DNA of 20,044 bases from Aquificaceae bacterium (GTDB taxonomy: Bacteria; Aquificota; Aquificia; Aquificales; Aquificaceae), in assembly GCA_037924335.1 (NCBI GenBank), contig JAXSMZ010000027.1, forward strand, positions 1-20,044. The letters are read 5' to 3'. A program made the translations under genes and the position numbers. Shown here piece by piece: positions 15,617-20,044 of this stretch. Below the pieces are notes generated by a model. The model was given only the letters and a program-made list of their open reading frames with translations, searched no databases and was not told the origin of the DNA. Position 1 is the first letter of the stretch. Each line of letters begins with the position of its first letter.

Positions 15617-17532
15617 GCTTCTTTGGTTTGTATTTTCCTCTTTAAGAATCTTATAAACTCTTCTATGGGGTGGCTTCCCATGTTTCCTTCCTTTTTACCC
15701 CTAACGGATACGCTTTTCTCCTCCACTTCCTTTGTCCCTATTACCACAACGTAGGGTATTTTTTGAATCTCTGCATCCCTTATTCTTGCTCCCATCCTCT
15801 CTTCTCTGTCATCTATGTCTACTCTGAAACCTTCCTCTTTTAGTCTTCCCTCTATCTCCTTTGCGTAGTCTGTATGTTTTTCGGAGACTGGTAATACTCT
15901 CACCTGCAGCGGAGAGAGCCAAAGGGGCAAAAGTCCCGCATGATGCTCTAGCAAAACCCCCGTAAACCTCTCTATGGAACCGAGGAGCGCCCTATGTATC
16001 ATGTAAGGTCTATGCCTTTTGTTATCCTGCCCCACGTAAGTCATATCGAATCTCTCTGGAAGGTTGAAGTCAAACTGTATGGTGGAGCACTGCCAAAGCC
16101 TCCCAATGGCATCCTTTATCTTTACATCTATCTTGGGACCGTAAAAGGCACCGCCACCTTCATCAACCTCATACTCCATCTTCATGGCTTGTACTGCCTT
16201 TTTCAAAGAGCCTTCGGCCAGTTGCCACTGATCATCAGAACCTATAGCATCCAAGGGTTTGGTAGATATATAAACTTTAAAATCCCTAAAGCCAAAGTCT
16301 TTTAGCATGGATACTGCAAAGTCAAGGGTTTGATGTATCACATCCTCAACCTGTTCTGGTGTGCATATTATATGAGCATCATCCTGTGTAAACCCTCTTA
16401 CCCTCATAAGACCGTGCAGAACTCCAGACATCTCGTACCTGTAAACAGTTCCAAGCTCTGCAAGCTTTAGGGGTAGTTCTCTGTAGCTTCTGACTTTGCT
16501 TTTATAAATGGACACATGGAATGGACAGTTCATAGGTTTCAAAAAGTACTCTTCCTTTTCTATGTTCATCTGAGGGAACATGTTGGGTCTGTAATAATCA
16601 AGGTGCCCGCTTGTTTGCCAAAGGTCAGCCTTTCCCACATGGGGAGTGTAAACGAGCTGATAGCCTCTTCGTAGATGCTCCTCTTTCCAGTAATCCTCAA
16701 GGACTTTTCTGTACATTCCCCCTTTTGGAAGCCATAGGATCAAGCCAGAGCCTACAGACTCATCTATGAGGAAAAATTCCAGTTCTCTTCCAAGCTTTCT
16801 GTGGTCTCTCTTCTTTGCCTCTTCGTAGAATGTAAGCCTCTTTTGGAGCTCTTCCTCATCCCAAAAGGCTATTCCATAAATTCTTTGAAGCATAGGCTTT
16901 GATGAATCACCCATCCAGTAGGCTCCCGCTATATGAGTAAGCTTAAAAGCTCCAGCCTTGCCAGTTGATGTAAGATGTGGTCCCCTGCAGAGGTCAACAA
17001 AGTCACCTTGCTCATAAACAGATATAACATCTTCAGGGCTTATCCTATTTATGATATCCAGCTTGTACCTTTCTTTGAGCTGACTGAAAAGACTTATAGC
17101 TTCATCTCTGTCAATCTCTTTTCTAACTATAGGATAGTCACGCTCTATTATCTCCCTCATCTTCTCTTCTATTTTGGGAAGGTCCTCCTCGCTTAGCCTA
17201 ACACCTTCTATCTCAACGTCATAATAAAAACCATCCTCAGTCGTTGGTCCCATTCCCAAGTGGACCCTCTCTTTGCCGTAAATCTCTTTGAGAGCTTGAG
17301 CCATTATATGTGCCAAGGAATGTCTGAGTATTTCTAAACTTTCTGGGTCTTCTTTATAGATGGGTTTTATCTCCATACTCCACTTAGGTGGAGTTTGTAA
17401 ATCATAGATTAGTCCGTCGGCTTTCCCTCCAACCACTTTGTTTGGGTCCAATCCAGCCATCTCAAACACCTTTCCTAAGGGTGTGTTCTCATCAACTTGG
17501 TAAGCTTGATCGTCTACGAAAACCTCGACCAT
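15613..17532 (-). CDS. thrS: threonine--tRNA ligase
   Basis: LRHSLAH, DLCRGPH, RDHRKLG, KPMNCP, RVRGFTQDDAH and FYGPKID motifs. Confidence 0.98.
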   Translation of the reverse strand: MVEVFVDDQAYQVDENTPLGKVFEMAGLDPNKVVGGKADGLIYDLQTPPKWSMEIKPIYKEDPESLEILRHSLAHIMAQALKEIYGKERVHLGMGPTTEDGFYYDVEIEGVRLSEEDLPKIEEKMREIIERDYPIVRKEIDRDEAISLFSQLKERYKLDIINRISPEDVISVYEQGDFVDLCRGPHLTSTGKAGAFKLTHIAGAYWMGDSSKPMLQRIYGIAFWDEEELQKRLTFYEEAKKRDHRKLGRELEFFLIDESVGSGLILWLPKGGMYRKVLEDYWKEEHLRRGYQLVYTPHVGKADLWQTSGHLDYYRPNMFPQMNIEKEEYFLKPMNCPFHVSIYKSKVRSYRELPLKLAELGTVYRYEMSGVLHGLMRVRGFTQDDAHIICTPEQVEDVIHQTLDFAVSMLKDFGFRDFKVYISTKPLDAIGSDDQWQLAEGSLKKAVQAMKMEYEVDEGGGAFYGPKIDVKIKDAIGRLWQCSTIQFDFNLPERFDMTYVGQDNKRHRPYMIHRALLGSIERFTGVLLEHHAGLLPLWLSPLQVRVLPVSEKHTDYAKEIEGRLKEEGFRVDIDDREERMGARIRDAEIQKIPYVVVIGTKEVEEKSVSVRGKKEGNMGSHPIEEFIRFLKRKIQTKEA

Positions 17533-17597
17533 CCTTTAATTATAATATAGCGTCCATCGCTTGAATTATATTCACTCATGTGGGATAATTTTTCCCT

Positions 17598-18803
17598 ATG
17601 AGAATAGCCTTTTTCAAAACGGGCAATGAGATAGGGATAAACAGACATGTTTTGTCTTTGCTCAGGCATTGGGAAAGAAAGGGAGCAGAGGTCAGAGAGT
17701 TTGACCTAAGGACAGAAGATACGCAATCCTTAGTGAACGAGGTGCTCGAGTTCTCCCCTGCCTTCTCGGTAGATGTAAACTCAACTGGAATAATAGTAGG
17801 ACAACAAGAGGATAAGAAGCTTCCCATATCTGACATATTTGGATTCGTTCACGTTAGCATCTTTACAGATGACCCTCTTCTGTACTTCCCCCCTCTATCC
17901 GATATGAAGCAGGCCAATAACTTTTTACCCGTTGTTTGCGACCTCAAATACGTTGACAGTTTGAAGTTCATAGGTATAGAAAAAGGAGTCTTTTATATAA
18001 CACCCTTCGTTGATAAGGAATCCATGATAGAACCTTCTGGAGAAAAAGATATAGAGCTTATTTTTTTTGGTCCCGTTGTAGACCCCCAAGTAGTTATAAA
18101 CCAAGTCAGTCAAAACATACCACAAAACATACTTCCCATCTTCTTTGAAATGGGAGAGTTCATGTTCAGAAACCCAGAGGTACCAGTCTTAAAAGCCTTT
18201 GATTACATACTTTCCATGTTCAACCAAAGCTTTCAGGAAGAGTTAGAAAGATGGAAGTCAGAAAAGCCAGATGACTTTTACAGGTTGCTAAACGATACAG
18301 CCATGTATGCCACATCAAGAAAGAGACTTTATCTTCTTAGCTTTTTAGAGGGTATAAACCTAAAGTTGGTGGGTGAGTTTCAGTGTGAGCTTGCAGATGG
18401 ACACGAGCGCATAGAAGTTAGTTCACAGGAGGAGTTCCTGAAGGTCCTTGATAGGTCTTACATAGCAGTGCTAAGCTTCCCCTTCAGCACACCATCCGGT
18501 ATAGGATTTACCCCCTTGGAGGTGGCTTATATGGGATGTGCTCCTATGTTGGACATTAGAGCAACGCTTCAGAGCTTCTTATCTCCAGGTTCAGAATGTA
18601 TCTCTTACTATCCCATGGATAGGGCGGATATAGAAGAAAAAATTCTTTACTACCTTGACCATCTTGATGAAGCTCTTGAGATAGGCAAGCAGGCAAGGTA
18701 TAAGATTTTGGAAAAGTTCAACCCAGAAGATAGGGCTGAATTTCTCTGGGATGTTTTCAGTCAAATACTTGAGCAGGCGCAGATGAGAGACCAAGGGGGT
18801 TAG
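17598..18803 (+). CDS. putative glycosyltransferase (CgeB-like GT-B C-terminal domain)
   Basis: C-terminal LEVAYMG...[27 protein letters not shown] pattern. Promoter TTGAAT-17-GATAAT at 17561-17589. Confidence 0.6.
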   Translation: MRIAFFKTGNEIGINRHVLSLLRHWERKGAEVREFDLRTEDTQSLVNEVLEFSPAFSVDVNSTGIIVGQQEDKKLPISDIFGFVHVSIFTDDPLLYFPPLSDMKQANNFLPVVCDLKYVDSLKFIGIEKGVFYITPFVDKESMIEPSGEKDIELIFFGPVVDPQVVINQVSQNIPQNILPIFFEMGEFMFRNPEVPVLKAFDYILSMFNQSFQEELERWKSEKPDDFYRLLNDTAMYATSRKRLYLLSFLEGINLKLVGEFQCELADGHERIEVSSQEEFLKVLDRSYIAVLSFPFSTPSGIGFTPLEVAYMGCAPMLDIRATLQSFLSPGSECISYYPMDRADIEEKILYYLDHLDEALEIGKQARYKILEKFNPEDRAEFLWDVFSQILEQAQMRDQGG

Positions 18804-19813
18804 TATATCCTTATACCCTCTCTACCTTCCACCCTACCAATAGCCCATGCCTTTGTATTGAGTTTACTCGCAATAATGTCTATACTTTGAGCCTTTTCCT
18901 GAGGTACTGTAAAGAGAAGTCCACCAGATGTGTTTGGGTCACACATAAGCAGAACTTGCCACCAATCTAAACCTTCCTTTATCAGGATCTCCTTCACAAA
19001 GTTATAATTGTCCATAGCTCCTTTTGGATACACCTTTTGCTTTATGTAAAATACAGCCTCCTCGTATATAGGCAGTTTAGAAAATTCTATGACAAGTCCA
19101 ACCTTTGACCTCTTTGCTATGTTGTAAGCATGTCCCAATAGGCCAAAACCTGTTACATCTGTGCAGGATGTAGCTTCAAGCTCTTTTGCTAGCTTCATGG
19201 CTTTATCGTTTAACATGAGCATATTCTCTATGGCGTGGAGTATGTCCTTTTCCGTGATTTTTCCTTCCTTTATAGCTTTTGTCAGGATACCAACGCCAAT
19301 GGGCTTTGTGATGACAAGGACATCCCCCTCCTTTGCCCCTTCCTGAAGGAAGTATTTTCCATCTGGGCAGATACCACTAACTGCAAGGCCAAATTTTGGC
19401 TCTCTGTCGTCCACAGTATGACCACCCAAAAGGACAGTTTTTGCCTCTCTCAGTTTATCCATGCATCCTGCCATTACCTCCTTAAAAACATCAACGCTGA
19501 GCTCACAGTTGTTAAAACACACAATGGCTAAGGCATTCAATGGAACACTACCCATGGCGTACACATCGCTGAGGGAGTTGGATGCAGATATTGCTCCCCA
19601 AAGATAGGGGTCGTTTACAACAGGGGTTATAAAGTCTACAGTATGAACAAAGATGTTGCCCTCATATTTGTAGACTCCAGCGTCATCCCCAACACCAAAA
19701 AGGGTCCTTTCATCCCTGTAAGGGTTAAGCCCCTTCACCAAATTCTCAAGGTCCGCCGGACCCACCTTTGCAGCTCAACCGGATGCCCTTACCAGCTTTA
19801 GAAGTTCCACCAT
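18800..19813 (-). CDS. selD: selenide, water dikinase (selenophosphate synthetase), selenoprotein, 337 aa
   Basis: The frame extends past the ORF call to ATG 19813: [13 protein letters not shown](TGA 19777-19775)-AAKVGP. Also [28 protein letters not shown] and DPNTSGGLL motifs. Confidence 0.95.
19750..19762 (-). promoter_or_regulatory. putative bacterial SECIS hairpin
   Basis: GGTCC-GGC-GGACC stem-loop with a G-containing loop about 18-20 nt 3' of the UGA. Confidence 0.6.
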
Positions 19814-19912
19814 AGTATTTAGTTTAATAACCAAAGGAGAGAGTTATTTACGAACATTTCAAAGTCAAAGAAGCTATTCCTTCGAAAACATTAAAGGTTA
19901 TAATTAATACTT

Positions 19913-19993
19913 ATAGTTCCTCATCCCATAGAAAAATATTCCACAGAATGAGGTTTCGCAGGCAAGGAGACTATAAGCTCCCTTGTGAACCGC
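19913..19993 (-). ncRNA. omega-RNA / right-end core, family A copy 3
   Basis: 79/81 identical to 44-124. Shared sequence ends at GAGGAACTAT. Confidence 0.7.
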
Positions 19994-20043
19994 ATAAGAA
20001 CATTCCTCGCACCTACAATGTCTGCATCTTCCTCATATCCACA
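19921..20043 (-). CDS. tnpB: 3' end of tnpB (partial, runs off the window end)
   Basis: CGYEEDADIVGARNVLMRFTRELIVSLPAKPHSVEYFSMG* covers the zinc-ribbon end and the RuvC-III DAD..GA.N motif. Confidence 0.82.
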   Translation of the reverse strand, partial: CGYEEDADIVGARNVLMRFTRELIVSLPAKPHSVEYFSMG

Positions 20044-20044
20044 C

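Noticed and set aside
5..19993. Repeat-plus-variable-flank units as a CRISPR array
   Set aside because: The copies are 80-120 bp, kilobases apart and on both strands. They derive from a tnpB tail, and no cas genes are present.

Overview
Bacterial chromosomal DNA (roughly 40% GC by eye), probably Aquificaceae (Hydrogenobacter/Aquifex-like, inferred from the SelD N-terminus and the tight gene packing). Most of it is housekeeping: speD, rsmD, coaD, an atypical sensor kinase with an OmpR-type regulator, an FAD/NAD oxidoreductase, queA, thpR, purM, bamA, thiD, coaBC, serA, plsC, a USP protein, thrS, a glycosyltransferase, and selD with an in-frame selenocysteine UGA. The interesting material is TnpB-related. 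One family of tnpB 3'-end/omega-RNA module occurs three times. At 19913-20044 (-) it is a catalytically normal tnpB tail. At 1-124 (+) it is an in-frame-deleted tail lacking the RuvC-III motif. At 12214-12333 (+) it is a 120/120-identical copy with no tnpB gene, sitting behind its own sigma70 promoter. Each copy is followed by a different putative guide. The coaBC-serA gap also holds a TIR-bounded MITE and a second mini IS200/IS605 element. A different tnpB pseudogene with its right end lies upstream of queA, next to an orphan 3' half of tRNA-fMet. Two further observations: a uORF with a -1 slippery site overlaps the speD start, and most operon-first genes look leaderless.
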